A DNA stretch of 64,000 bases from the human T2T-CHM13v2.0 reference genome, Homo sapiens. The notes beneath the pieces are model-generated. The model saw only the letters and a list, made by a program, of their open reading frames with translations, was not told where the DNA came from and searched no databases. Position 1 is the stretch's first letter, and each line of letters starts with the position of its first letter. Positions 13,736 to 26,969 of this stretch are shown piece after piece. Location: assembly GCF_009914755.1 (NCBI RefSeq), contig NC_060948.1; one strand, 5' to 3'. A program made the position numbers and the translations under genes.

Positions 13736-13769
13736 CATTTTTTTTTTTTTTTTTTAATGGTGAAGGAGC

Positions 13770-14300
13770 CATTAACTGGAAATGTAAAACTATGCAAATT
13801 CTAGAAGAAAGCACAGACATAAATGTATGTGATCTTGGATTTGGCCACAAGTTTTAACAAATGACAACAAAGCCGATCAGCAACGGTAAAAAAAAAATTA
13901 ATAATTTAAGGTTTCTCATATTAAAAGCTTATACTCTGAGTAAAATCTTGTTCAGGAAATAGAAAGATAAGCAACAGACTGAAAATAAATATCTGCAAAA
14001 TACAGATCGGGGTAAAAACTTGCACTGAAAATACGCAAATCTTGAAACTCAACAATAAAACAGACTACCCAATTGACAATGTGTAAAAAGCTGAGCTCAC
14101 CAATGAAAATACAAAGATGGCAAGCAAACAAAAAGATGCTCAAACTCATATATCTTTAAGTGACTGAAAATTACAACGAGTTAGCATGGCCCATCTATAT
14201 TTGTTGGAATGGCTAAACCATTTTTAAAACATGACAACTGATTTGCTGCAGGAAAAACAACAATTCATTCATTGCTTGTGGAATGCATGATGGCACAGAA
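13770..14300 (+). mobile_element. Old L1M ORF2 3' fragment
   Basis: aaatgtaaaactatgcaaattctagaagaaa...aaaagatgctcaaactcat. Confidence 0.7.
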
Positions 14301-14918
14301 AGAAAAAGAACTCTTTCAAACTCTCATGTTAACCTGAAAGCCTGTTTCTGTCCTCTACCATACACACAAGGTGCTATCTGGTCTACCTTTTGGTGACAGA
14401 CTCGAGATCCAATATAATCTGTGCATCTGTAAGAAGCAGCTGGGATCCAGACAGAAGGCAGATGGTCCCCACAGTCAAAGTCATCTAAGAACTTTTTAAT
14501 AAAGAGGGACTTATTCAGGGTATCTACAAAAGATAGTGGAGTTCCCTGGGATAGTAACAGGACCATAGTCTTTGTACTCCTTGGTAATGGAGAATTAGGG
14601 GAGAGATAAATTCTCAGCACTGGAGAGACAGAGATGGTTCAGAGCACTTGAAAGATGTCATCACAGGCACTATGACCTCTCTGGGACTTGATATGAAGCA
14701 GCCAGTCTAGGGCCACTGTATGTGGAGGCTGGTGTCCCCACTAGCCAAACCCAATCAGCAGGCAGAGAGTAAAAAAAATGCCTTGACACCACCTAGAGGC
14801 AGGTTAGCAGAGTTTAATCCAGAAATCATAATTTTATAAATCTTTCCAATTTAAGCCTCCTTTACAAGTATAAAACATAGTTTTATACTGACTTAGTATG
14901 AATCACTAATACATGCAA

Positions 14919-15155
14919 GCCATGCACAGTGGCTCATGTCTGTAATCCTGGCTATTTGTGAGGCCCAGACTAGTGGAACATTTTGGTCAAAAGATTGAGA
15001 CCAGCCTGGCCAACACGGTGAAACCCTGTCTCTATTAAGCATATAAAAATTAGCTGTGTGTGTGTGGAGCGGGTGGGGGGGGGGGCGGTAAATTCCTGTA
15101 GTCTTACCTACTTGAGAGGCAGAGGCAGGAGAATTTCTTGAACATAGGAGGTGGA
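14919..15155 (+). mobile_element. Alu truncated in the right arm at ggaggtgga, abutting the OFD1 relic
   Basis: cacagtggctcatgtctgtaatcc...gaggcaggagaatttcttgaacataggaggtgga, then non-Alu; no A-tail. Confidence 0.85.
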
Positions 15156-15160
15156 CATAT

Positions 15161-15309
15161 GGTTTAAGAGATGCATGTTTTTATTTTTATTCTCTTCCAG
15201 TTTTTCTTCCTTTAGTAGTAAATAGTCACTTATCTCTTGAACACTTTCATTCACAATATATTTGTTTTGTTATTGCCAAAGACTGTGCTTTGACAGACAT
15301 TAACTCAAT
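15161..15309 (-). pseudogene. OFD1: OFD1 exon 13 relic with internal deletion
   Basis: IELMSVKAQSLAITKQ...EISDYLLLKEEKLEENKNKNMHLLN vs LELESVKAQSLAITKQ...EMSDYSLLKEEKLE([13 protein letters not shown])ESRNENLRLLN; donor GT changed to AT. Confidence 0.9.
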
Positions 15310-15641
15310 CTGAAAGTTAACAAGGAAAATTTGCATTTGAATGATGACTTTACAGTGCTGCAAAAGTAAAAGCTGGCAGGCTCCTTTTAGCATAGCGTCA
15401 CAATTTAACTGAGGTCACTGAACCGATGTCTGAATCTCTGCAATAAGATGCAAACTACAGTAACAAAAATTGTCTTCTGCCCTGCAGTTGGGGCAGAGGA
15501 AGTTTTATGGACAACATCCCATGAAGCAAGTCCTTCTAAGTAAGATTATAACCCCATTTTGCATAGGCATTGAAGAACTTAAAACAGTCACTCATCATAC
15601 CAATATAGGTTTGTTTTAAATATGAAAAGATAAGGTAAAAA

Positions 15642-16265
15642 TGGCCAGGCATGGTGGCTCCCGCCTGTAACTCCAGCACTTTGGGAGGCCAACATGAGAG
15701 GATAGCTTGAGCTCAGAATTTCCAGACTACCTTGGGCAACAAGGAAAATCCCGGTCTCTACTAAAAGTACAGCCAGACACTGGCTCAAGCCTGTAATCCC
15801 AGCACACTGGGAGACCATCATGGGCAGATCACTTGAGGTAAAAAATTTGCCAACTCCAGCCAACATGGTGAAACCCAGTCTCTACTAAAACTATAAATAT
15901 TAGCCAGGCATGGTAGCAGGTGTCTGTAATCCCCGCTACCCAGGAGGTTGAAACAGGAAAAATCACTTGAAAACAAAGGCAGTGGTAGCAGTGAGCCCAG
16001 TTTGCATCATTACACTCAAGCCTGGACAACAGAATGAGACTCCATCTTAAAAAATTAAAAAGTAAAAAAGTAAAAAACAAAAACAAAACAAAAACACATA
16101 ATTTTCTTGGTGTGGTGGGGTATGGCTATAATCCGAGCTTCTCGGGAGGTGGAGACACAAGAATTGCTTTACCCTGGGAGGTGATGATTGTAGTGAGCCG
16201 ATATAACACTAGTGCACTCCACACTGAATGACATAATGAGGCTCAGTCTCAAAAAAAAAAAAAAG
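15642..16265 (+). mobile_element. Nested Alu cluster: left arm, inserted full Alu, then right arm
   Basis: ggccaggcatggtggctc at 15642, second Alu from ~15772, right arm ~16095-16265 ending in an A-tail. Confidence 0.85.
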
Positions 16266-16929
16266 TAACATTTTGCGTAGAGCTTTTCTTTTCTTAGTAT
16301 ACTGTATGCCATATTTGAATAAGAAGGCATACAAAGTTCTCACAAAAGTTCAACTTGCAAAAATGTTTTAAGTGCCTAAAATTCCAGCTTCATCTTCAGA
16401 CAGCAAGCATAAAAATAAACAGAAAATTAAACAAGCAATGGCAGGTGGTAAATGCACTGCATTTAGTTTTAATATGTGAGATAACACTATAATGTCAAAA
16501 ATTCTAGCTGCTGCTGATGAAAGGAAAGAACAGGTTAATGTAGAAACAGAACAATAATAATATTGGCCACCTGCTATGAACTAGGCTCATACGTTAACTC
16601 ACTGAATTCCCTCAACAACCCTATAATGTGGAAAACATCCTAGAGTTTACAGCTGAGGAATCTGCAATCAAAGGACCTGCCCAGAGGCACACAAGAAATT
16701 GGGCCACAGATAGGATTCAAGGAGGACTCTAAGACCCAAAGCACTGTCTACACTTTCATATATGATGTTGGTTGAAATTAAGAACTGTTGAGTTAACTTT
16801 AGTCATCCCCCTCTTTGCCGTAGAAATGGCAGTTTAAACATCTCGAGAGAAAGACTTTGGATAAATTATACATGACTAAAATTTTATATATTCATTAAAA
16901 TGTATTTCAAAAAATATGCTAAAAAATTC

Positions 16930-17021
16930 TTGGAGTTCTTACATAAAACTTACAGATTGATTGAGTTCCTCCTTTTTTGGATTACTAACTGTGAGCTCCT
17001 CTTGCAAGTAAACAGCTTTTC
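16930..17021 (-). pseudogene. OFD1: OFD1 exon 12 relic
   Basis: [29 protein letters not shown] vs [30 protein letters not shown]; 92 nt. Confidence 0.9.
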
Positions 17022-18125
17022 CTGAAATAAATAGCCCTTTAAACATCATAATGTTTTCCTTGTGAATACAAAAGCTATTTAATATTTATGGCCAGTCTGT
17101 CAGACCTAATGACCATTATTTTATAATATGAAATAGCCTGTGTAGGGAATAAAATTTTCACAGGCAAGTAAGAAATAAGCCCTGTTAGTTAACAGGTGAC
17201 GTGAAGCTATAACTGTCATCTATGTGGTGAAATTCCACCATCTACACCTGCTAACCAGAGAGGTTTTAAGTTCCTTGAAGAAGAAGATCTGTCTGTTACT
17301 ATATTGTAAAAGACAATATTGTTATTGTATTGTAGGTATTACTTTGTCATTTTCATTTTATCTAACTTGAATCTATGTAGATATAATATCAAGGCAAAAT
17401 TTGTTACATAGATGATGGTACTAATTTATAAAAGAAGTGTTAGTCTCCACAAGATAGTAGTAAAAGGGGAAGCCACACACTGGGTGTCTGGACAACATCA
17501 AATAACTACTTTGGTATACTCCCAAGAATCTATTTGAATATTCCACCAAAACTTCACTTCTCATTACAGGCAATTTCCTAAAAATATATTGAAATATAAA
17601 ATATCTGAAGATTGAGACATTACTCATCTTCCAGTCTCAAGGGCAATATACACAAGAATTCAGGAGGTTATATGTAAAGTAAAAATATTATAAATAAAAA
17701 AAAATATGAGAAGGCAACAAAATAAGAAGCTATGTCACAGGAAACAGAGAAGTTAAAATTTTTCCATAAGTGAAAAAGAACGTATCTCATGGCTAAAAGT
17801 AATAGGCACCAGAGGCAATAAGTTGCTGCCAGCTTCTTGATAATTGCAGATTTATCAAAATATGTTGAAATAAAGTTTAATAAAATATCCAGAAAAAAAT
17901 CTCTGGGCTTTCTGTTTATATAAAATATTAAAAATAATGGTTTCTCAAAAGGAGGGAAGACAATTCTTTTTTTAAATTTTAGATAATTAATATTACACCA
18001 AAAGTGTACTATAGACAAGAAAAATAGCATAAGCTATTTTTTAATATAAAACAGACTCAACTAGGGAAGCTAATACCTTGTATCAAAACTGAAAACTACG
18101 GCTTCTTGCCCCACCCAAACAATAC

Positions 18126-18199
18126 CTTTATTCTTCCTTTCCTCTTCAATCACTCGACTAGTTCTAATGATGTAGTCATCCGTTAGTTGAAGTTGATAT
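18126..18199 (-). pseudogene. OFD1: OFD1 exon 11 relic
   Basis: [24 protein letters not shown] vs [24 protein letters not shown]; AG and GT intact. Confidence 0.92.
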
Positions 18200-20036
18200 C
18201 TGAGTATCAGAACGAGTAAATATAAGTTTCACAGTTGTCTTTCCAGAAAGATGCTTATCAATGCAGGACCTTATCTATGGTACAGATACAGCTGAGGGCG
18301 CTGAATATGACATTGTGGGACTTCAAAGTCCCTCAGTGCTAAAGCCAGGGATATGACTTTCAAACATAAAATGTCCAACAAAACCCTGCCTTGGTGTTAT
18401 AAAGCACAATCATACAAAATGCAGGGTTGTGTTTTCATAAGGTTACTGAAAGCATTCCTTTCCAGTTGGTCTCAACTGGCCCAAAGAACAGGGAAGACAG
18501 TTAAATTTACACAGCACACAACAGACTCAATCCCAAATGATAATTAGACAGTCACTTTCAACCCACCTGTACTATCTGCACAGCCCAAACAAATGTAAGG
18601 ATTTTGGGCCCAGGGACAAAGCCCAGTCCAGGGAACCAGGTGCTAAAAGCATTATATCTGAATTAGCAATATCCAAAGGCACATTTTCACATTTTTACTT
18701 TTGTTTCTCAGCTTTTACAAGTTGACTTTTGATTCCAAAAGGATGAAGAAACATTCCTGTTGTGAACAGTCCTCAAACTCCAAGCTTGCCAAAGTCATAT
18801 GAGAACTCCCAAAGCCAGAAATACACCATGCAGGCCATGGAAGCTGTCACAATGGTACCAAACAGTTCACTAGCTCCATAACTATATAAAATTAACATAC
18901 TTTAATAAATGTATTACTAAAAATTACTAACTGTAAAACTAAAAATTACTAAAAACTACTAATAAATGTATTATTAAAAAAATTACAGAAACTTCATGTC
19001 AGCTATTTTAATATAGAAACTGACCAAAAAATTGGATAAAATACTTCATTTTCATCACGAAAAGTAAAGTTTCTCGTGGTTAGAAGTAATATGTACCAGA
19101 GGCAATAAGCTTCTGCCAACTTCTCGACGACTACAGATTTATGAAAATATATTGAGAATATATTGGGAATTCAGAATCTATAAATAACTGTTCTATATTT
19201 TAAAAATAGAATTTGTTTATAGAATAACCTCAAGAAACCTTTGCAAGTTCTGTGTAATGGAATATTGATGATAAATTATGAGGAAGGCAATTAAAAACAG
19301 GCCACATAAATAAATGCCCAGAGCACGTGAGTTGAGTCATCTCTTCCGGACACATTAACAGCAAATATTAACTGAGGATTTTGTATGTGTCAGATGCTTT
19401 CGAACCCACTGAAAAGTTACCACATGGGCATAAAGTCTTACAACTGACGTATTACTCACTTATACACAAGGTGAGAGTAAAGCAAAGCCAAATTAACGAC
19501 AGTTGTCCATATTTTGCTTTCCCTATATCAATTTTTGCCCCACATAGTTAATTTTAGCTCCTTTCTTGTGATCATGACTTTGCAGAATCATGAAGGAATA
19601 CAAGACACACGTTCACTGACAAACAATCTGACCACTAAGTATACTTTATACATTGTTAGATATCCCCATCTTTGTGGCAGTATGAGTGTGGTAGAGAAAA
19701 AGGAAACTAAAAGTTATTATAATTCAAACTACATCTTATTAATTATGCAACCTGAGCAAGTCGCAACGTGCCCTGAAATTTAAAGCAAATCTCAGTCCTT
19801 GATAAATATTCAAGAAGCCATGAGTAAGAAGAACAGAGGATGTGCTTTTCTACACCTTATCTTTTAAAAGCTACCCTAACTCAAATGCAAGAATATATTG
19901 GCTGTTGATAAACATATGTATTTTTAACACTAAAGTTTGCATAAAAGATTAATCATAGACTACTTCCTCGGCTTTTGTTATATTTCTACAAATGTAATTT
20001 AAACATATTACTTCTTCAAATGTGCCAAACAATTAC

Positions 20037-20155
20037 TTTAGAAGTACGTTTTTTAGGTTTCAGTCATAGGTTTCCTCAAGACACTTTGTATTCTGCTCCC
20101 ATCTCCTAAGTCCTCAGTCATGCTTTTATGTTTTTCTTCCTGGAGTTCCTGGGTT
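20037..20155 (-). pseudogene. OFD1: OFD1 exon 10 relic
   Basis: QELQEEKHKSMTE...EQNTKCLEETYD*NLKNVLL vs QKLQEEKHKSITE...[20 protein letters not shown]. Confidence 0.9.
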
Positions 20156-21459
20156 CTGAAATTAGCAAAAAACATAAAGTAAATAAACTATAATAGCTGA
20201 GTTAACAAATTTAGGAAAAACATCACGTGACACCTTTTTAGTTCAACAGACTAAAACTGCTCCATGACCAGCCTGGACAACATAGCAAGACCCTGTCTCT
20301 TAAAACCAAAAAACACCAACAAAAAATCCCTATGAAACAAACAAAAAAAAAACCGATTGATTGAATATTGATCAAGTACCAAAAGAGAGGGCAACAGATA
20401 GATGGGTCATTCAGGGCTTCCACATACTTAAGAATAGAATGATCTTCATAGTGAGACTTCAAATCACCCATTACACCAACTCCCCAGCCAGGGAGGTGGA
20501 TTCACAGGAGATGAGATCCAGCCATCCTGAGAAGCACTGCAAAACACTAACTAGTCTAAGAGCAGTTAAAAGCTCCAGGTATTAGCTCCCTCTTCTGGTA
20601 ATCTGGAACGCCATGGAGAGGTAAACTACATTGATTGTGTATATACGCTGAGAGAAGGGAAAAGGAGTAGAGAAAATGGAGGTTAAAAAAAGTGACACAC
20701 ACTCCTTGCCCAAATGTTTCTCTTTTTTTCGTCTCTCTCTCTCTCTCTCGTTTAATCTACCTTTTCATTACTGCCAAAAAGAGAGTAAGATACACAGTGG
20801 GCTGAAATAAAAAATCAAACCTATAGAAGTGAGAAAACAACGTTAAATAAGATGGGGACAAATTCTTTAATGAGCTAAAAGCCTAAAATATCTATGGGTG
20901 TCAATTAACAGAATATTCCCAATGGAAAGGAAAACTTCTTGTGCAAACTATACACAGGTGAGCTTTCTGTCAATCCCAGGTAATATATGAAGGATGAAAC
21001 ATTTCTGAGCACACAGAAAAAGTGAATAGCATTGAGAAATAGTTTCATCCAGTACAAGTCAAACCACAATACTTCCTTTTTTGAGCACAGAGCAGGTAAA
21101 AGCTTCAGGCCTGGATATTTGGAATTCGGCTACAATACATAAACACACAAAAATATCAGACCTGAAGGTCTGAAGTTAACTTTAAAATGTATGATCTGTT
21201 CAAGTGTCATACAGCTTCTCCAAATTTTCTATTTGGTGTTACTGTAGCCTAGTGATAGCATTTCATGTTAACGTTTAATATTTCAAAAGCACAGACCTAA
21301 TATTTGTTTCTGTTAATGTGTAACTTCTAATGCTGGGTGAGATCACCTTTATAAAAAATAATTCTACTTGTCAGTAAACATTACAATATTTAGACATATA
21401 TTTAGTAATTCTTTTTAATCTCATCATTCCGAAGATTCAAGATAAACATGCATATGCAT

Positions 21460-21565
21460 AATTCAAAAGCTTCAACTCTCTGCTTTAGCTTTGCCTTTTT
21501 TCCTCTTAACAAATCTATATCTTTTAGTAAAACAAGGCTTTGAGCATAGATTTTCTTGTTTCAAT
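21460..21565 (-). pseudogene. OFD1: OFD1 exon 9 relic
   Basis: [33 protein letters not shown] vs [35 protein letters not shown]; 1 nt deletion, donor lost. Confidence 0.9.
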
Positions 21566-21586
21566 CTGTAAAAAAGCATTAATTTT

Positions 21587-21893
21587 GGCCGATTGTTGTG
21601 GCTCATGCTTGTAATCCCAGCATTTTGGGAGACTGAGGCAGAGGCAGATAGGTCACGAGGTCAGGAGATGAAGATCACACCGGCCAAGGTGGCAAAACCC
21701 CATCTCTACTGAAAATACAAAAGTTACCTGGGCATGGTGGCAGGCACCTGTAATTCCAGCTACTCAGGAGGTTGAGGCAGGAAATTGCTTGAAATTGACA
21801 GGCAGAATTTGCAATGAGCCGACATCACACCACTGTACTCCAGCCTGGGTGACAGAGCAAGACTATTTCTCAAAAAAAAAAAAAAAAAAAAAA
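21587..21893 (+). mobile_element. Alu
   Basis: ggccgattgttgtggctcatgcttgtaatcccagc...ccagcctgggtgacagagcaagac plus A-tail. Confidence 0.92.
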
Positions 21894-22013
21894 GTTTTAG
21901 CAAGAAAGTTAATGGAAGCAGAACAAATTGAAATAAATATACTTCTAACTAAATTCCAAAAAACAAAGTACAGAAATTAAGAATACAATTTCCCCTTCAA
22001 GTGATTCCTACTC

Positions 22014-22310
22014 AGCTGGGCATGGTGATTCACTGCTGTAATCCTAGCCCTTTGTGAGGCCAAAACAGGCTGATCACCTGAGGTCAAAAGCTTGAGACCA
22101 GCCTTTCCCAATATGGTGAAACCACAATCTCTACAAAAATTACAAAAATTAACTGGGTAAGGTGGTCGGCACCTTTAATCCCAGCTAACTGGAAAGCTGA
22201 GGTAGGAGAATCACTTGAACCTGGGAGGCAGAGGTTTCAGTGAGTTGAGGTAGTACCATTGCACTCCAGCCTGGGCAAAAGATTAAAACTGCATCTCAAA
22301 AAAAAAAAAA
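22014..22310 (+). mobile_element. Alu
   Basis: gctgggcatggtg...gcactccagcctgggc plus A-tail. Confidence 0.9.
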
Positions 22311-22477
22311 TCCAATTCAATGTCTTCCTCAACTAGCTATTCCAGCGGCACATGTATTTACATTTACTCTCCCAATTTCTGTTAAAGTACATTTCCATAT
22401 ATTGTTAACATCCCCGTGTAATCTATGCTACTTAATTAACATATCTCAGTCCCTTAGGTAATTTTAGGTAATCTTTG

Positions 22478-22755
22478 TTTTGAGACTCGGTTCTGCTCTG
22501 TTGCTCAGGCTTGAGTGCAGTGTTGTGATTTTGGGTAAATGCAACCTCTGCCTCCCAGACTCAAGGCATCATCCTACCTCAGTCTTCTGAGTAGCTGAGA
22601 CTACAAACACACATCACCGAGTTCCCCTAATTTTTTTTTAGAGATGAGGTGGTGCCATGCTGCCCAGACTGGTGTTGAACCTCTGAGCTCAAATGAGATC
22701 CCCATCTCAGCCTCTCAAAGTGCTAAAACTATAAGCACGAGCCACCAGACCTAGC
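22478..22755 (-). mobile_element. Old Alu (J-like)
   Basis: ttttgagactcggttctgctctgttgctcaggc...caaagtgct...gagccacc. Confidence 0.85.
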
Positions 22756-24654
22756 CCCCTTAACTAAAATTTGGGAAGTTCTTCAGGAAAATAAATAAAC
22801 AAAATGTACATTCAGAAATAAAACTCCAAAGGAATAAAATCCCCATGGATTTTAGTGGTGGTGCTGCCTGAATGTTTCTGAGTCATCTAAATGTTCATGA
22901 GTCATTGTGATTCAGAGTTAGTAAGCTCACATGAACTTATAAATGAATGAGCCAACATTACACTTATGTCTTCACAGAGTAAGAATTTACTCTCTATCAT
23001 ATATCAAGCAGCATACTAGGAACTTGATATAAAAATGTAGACCGATGTAGTCCTCATCTCTGAAGACCTCACAGTATAGTCAGGGAGAAACAATCACGCT
23101 AAGATAGGATAATTTTATAACTGAGGTAAATAAAGACTGCAGACAGGAATAAGACCTAAATGAGTTGCTCAGTGGGAGTCAGGGAAGGCATCTCAGGGGT
23201 GACACCAAAGCTGGGCCTTGAATGACACTATGGTTTTATCAGAGAGAGACAGGATTGATATTGCAGGTGGGGAAATACAGGCATGGTGGTTTTTATGAGA
23301 ATGACAATCTTCCTCAAAGGCTTCAGATATTCACGGTTGAATAAACAGAAACTTAGTCAGTCACCTATCTTGAAGATGAAGTTATTAGTCTAAACACAAT
23401 CTAATCATCTCTAAGATCTGTGCATCCAACATTCAATTTTATAACTGAAGCAAGCTGAATTTCCAGAAATGCTATGGAAAATTTTAGAGTGAGTGCCCTT
23501 AGCATTAAACAACTATGTCTCATTGAGAAGCTCCAAGCAAGAGTGGGCACTAGGGGGAAGACTTCCTACTTTTAACATCTGGCAGCAGCAGTTTTAGATG
23601 TATGTTTGAAATACTGCTGTGAATCCTGTGTGGTCTAAGACATTCACATGGAAAAGGAATACAATTTCTTAAAGGAGTAGATCCAACCCAACTTGCCAAC
23701 ACAAACTCCCTGCCACTCCTCATCCCCTTCATCTCCTTTCAAGTTACTTTCCTGGTGATGAGATCAAATGGCCACATGGATGACCCTTGGGGCCCTGGTG
23801 ACTCCTTCACTCCAGGGATCTTTACTCTTGCTCATTTCCATGGCTCCATCCAATGGCAGCACAGTACCTTTGACTTCCACTCTCTACCTGAAACCTCATT
23901 CTGCAGTTCTGCACTCCTGGACCATCTTTATTCTTCCACTTGCCAGTCTCTCCAGATCTAGTTCTTTATCACTGAAACTACCACTCAACCCTCCCTTTCC
24001 CCCTAGGTTACCAGCCACCTGCCCTCTCCTCTGCTTACCATCACTACACAGGAGATCCAGGGAATCTTCATGAGATAGGCTGCCTTTCTCAAGGACATTG
24101 AATTATGTTCTGCAAATCTCCACTTCCCAAGCATCTCCATCTTTCCACCCTCACTGAAAGGGACAGCAAGAGAGACCCTTAAAATTCCTCCCCAGAGGTA
24201 GAACAGAAAACTTGCCTACAAACATGTGGTTTTGTCTCTCTCACTTCCAGGGTTACCCCCACCACAGCTGGGCCTTCAGTACAGGTAATCAGTCTGCTCT
24301 GCTGTAAAGAGCTGTTCATACATTACCCACATGAGCTACTCTGCACCTCCAAGCTGCTCCTGAAACCTTTCATCTATCTCCTTAATTTGCCTGAGAAGAT
24401 GAAGTTTTTTAGAGTGTGTTTCTCATAATTCCAACTTGGCTGATCACCTCTGCAAATCTTGCATTTCCAGAAGACTCAAAGGATGCAAATCTGTATCCTT
24501 TTCAAGGCCCATCATTCTTTTATTTTCAGTCTTGGCCACAGTCCCTACTGCTCTTCTGGGACCTTGTTCCATCAATTGTAACATCTCATTCCTTGAGTCA
24601 ATCCAGTAACAGCTGTAGGAAATAGCCACCCAGTAAAATATTTGTAAATACCAC

Positions 24655-24801
24655 CTCTTGGTGCTTTTGATGTCTCTCAAGGGTACTCTTTTTCCAAAGA
24701 ATAAAGTTTTCAGATTCCGCTTGACAAGCTTTCTCAAAATCATTTCAGAACATAGATAATTCCTTCTCACACTCTATTATAACTTTCATAAAAAACTTCA
24801 A
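24655..24801 (-). pseudogene. OFD1: OFD1 exon 8 relic with internal deletion
   Basis: LKFF...[20 protein letters not shown]...[12 protein letters not shown] vs LKFF...[21 protein letters not shown]...KSTLERIHKHQE; acceptor AG changed to AA. Confidence 0.9.
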
Positions 24802-25125
24802 TTGTGAATTGATTACAAATATAAAAGTTCCAATCATTATAATATAAGTGCAGTAACAGATTCTCCCTCCACAGCTAGTCTCCACATTAATGTTCTGTCC
24901 AAATGTGTTATATTTATTTAATCTATCATTTTATACCATTTGCTGTATTTGTAGGACTGAATCAAAAGGAATAAACAAATCTCATCAGAAAAAAATTGAT
25001 ATGCAAAACAGTGAAGTACCCTATTTTTTATTAAAAATTCCAGGTATTTTTTAGTATATCTAAGATTAAATCTTTAGATGGCCAACAAAAACATGCCTTA
25101 TTAACTGTAACAAGATAAAGATTAC

Positions 25126-25262
25126 CTTTTGACACATTTCTGCCAGAAGTTGCTTTTCTATTTCTCTCTTATCTTCATTTAGCTTTATTTCTAAAGACTC
25201 AAACTTTATATGCTTAGGATAAGCATCTGCCAGTTGATCACCAATAAGCTGAAGGTTGTCAG
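25126..25262 (-). pseudogene. OFD1: OFD1 exon 7 relic (open, splice sites intact)
   Basis: [45 protein letters not shown] vs [45 protein letters not shown]; 137 nt. Confidence 0.95.
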
Positions 25263-26785
25263 CTATTAAAAAGTAACAGGTCAAATTAGGACACAGAAGC
25301 ATGGTCAGGTGTGTAAGAGGCCAGACTTCTAGCTCAAAAGTAGAGTATACTTAGGGGAAAATATGGGTGTCTGCAATTTACTTTGAAATACAAAAAAAAA
25401 AAAAAAAAAAAAAAAGCAAGATAGATGAATAGATGGACAGACAAAAATGATGAAGTATGTATAATACAAATGTAATCGTGAAATCTAGGTGGTAGGTATG
25501 TAAATGTTGACTACAATTGTTTCAACTTTTCTATATGTTGAAAATGCTCGGGCATTTACCACCATCTACCACACTGAGCTAATTTATTTATTATTATTAT
25601 TATTACTATTATTAATATTATTATTTGTATAGACAGGGTCTTCCTATGCTGCCTGCCCAAGCTGATCTCAAACTCGTGGCCTCAGGTGATCCTCCTACCT
25701 GGGCCTCCCAAGGTGCTGGAATCACAGGAATGAGCCTCTTTGTCTGGTTATAGCTTTTAAGAGTAAATCTGAAAAAAGTCCTTCCCATGCATGACATGAA
25801 ACCTGGAAGCAATAAGGAGAAATATTTATCAATCTCACTACATAAAAATTAAAAGGTGGTGTCACAGTGTGAGAACTATGAGAACTGCTACCACAGTTTC
25901 TTTTATTTTCTTTCTTTCTTCCTTCTTTCCTGCCTTCCTTTCTTCCTTCACATTATTACAATGAAGCTTGGGAAATTAATACACAGCCCCAATGGCTGGC
26001 AAAAGTATATACTCAAATGATTAAGTTCTGAATGAATGGATGAATGAATAAATGTCTCTGTGGGGATTATAGAAATGCATGTAACAGACAAAATCCCAAG
26101 GGGGTAACAACACAAAAGGACCATTACTAATTCACAGATTATTTTAAAAGACCTAAGGGATAACTAAGCATTAAAAGGCAAGTTGCCAGCTTATGTTCAT
26201 GCTACAAAGCCCATTATCAAGTCTAACAAATGGTGTGAAACCCACAGTAGTTACAAACTTTATAAATCTTTTGTATGAAGGCCAAAATTAAGGCAATTAA
26301 TCAGGTCTGCGTAAACATTTAAGAACAAAAGTTATATTACACTTTACCAAACACATATTCTATTCATTAATGACATATTAATACATTTAATACTCTATCA
26401 ATTGTATTTGAGAGGCATACCTAGTATACAAAGACACCTGGCCTAAAAGGCAGGTTTTTGAATGTTTTTTTTTTTTTAGAAATTTTGCCAACAGCGGATA
26501 TGTTTACAAACAGTATCTCTTAGTGTGTCTGCAGGACTCTTGATACTGTCTGAAGTTTTCTTATTTGACTATATAAAGTTATTACAAAAGTGAAAATATG
26601 GGAATAATGACCTGCAGAACAGGTGAACTATTGTTTACAAACTAAGATGTGGTGAGCAAGGGAAAACATGTAATTTAAATGAAATGAAATGTCTTACACT
26701 TCTCCCTCAAAATTTGCTCCATTCTTTTATAAGGAAAACTACATAGAAAAACCTTGCTATACTTTACAAATACGTAGACTCCTAC

Positions 26786-26816
26786 ATTTTTGGTTTTCTT
26801 TATCAAATCCTGAGAC
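26786..26816 (-). pseudogene. OFD1: OFD1 exon 5 relic
   Basis: VSGFDKENQK vs VSGSDKENQK; 31 nt, AG and GT intact. Confidence 0.88.
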
Positions 26817-26901
26817 CTATTAAAAACATATTTTCCCTTTATAATGCTATTCAGCTATAATTAACAAACCAAAGTAGATTACAGAAACTAAGTAATCTTA
26901 C

Positions 26902-26969
26902 CGGTGATTTCTAGAAACCTGAAGTACGGTGATTTTTATTGAGTGCAATCCATCCTGCATAGTAAATAC
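26902..26969 (-). pseudogene. OFD1: OFD1 exon 4 relic
   Basis: VFTMQDGL...TSGF*KSP vs VFTMQDLL...TSSLYKSL; 68 nt, so frameshifted. Confidence 0.88.

Noticed and set aside
25066-25302. ORF as a functional OFD1 CDS
   Set aside because: A single exon; upstream exon 3 has two stops and exon 4 is frameshifted
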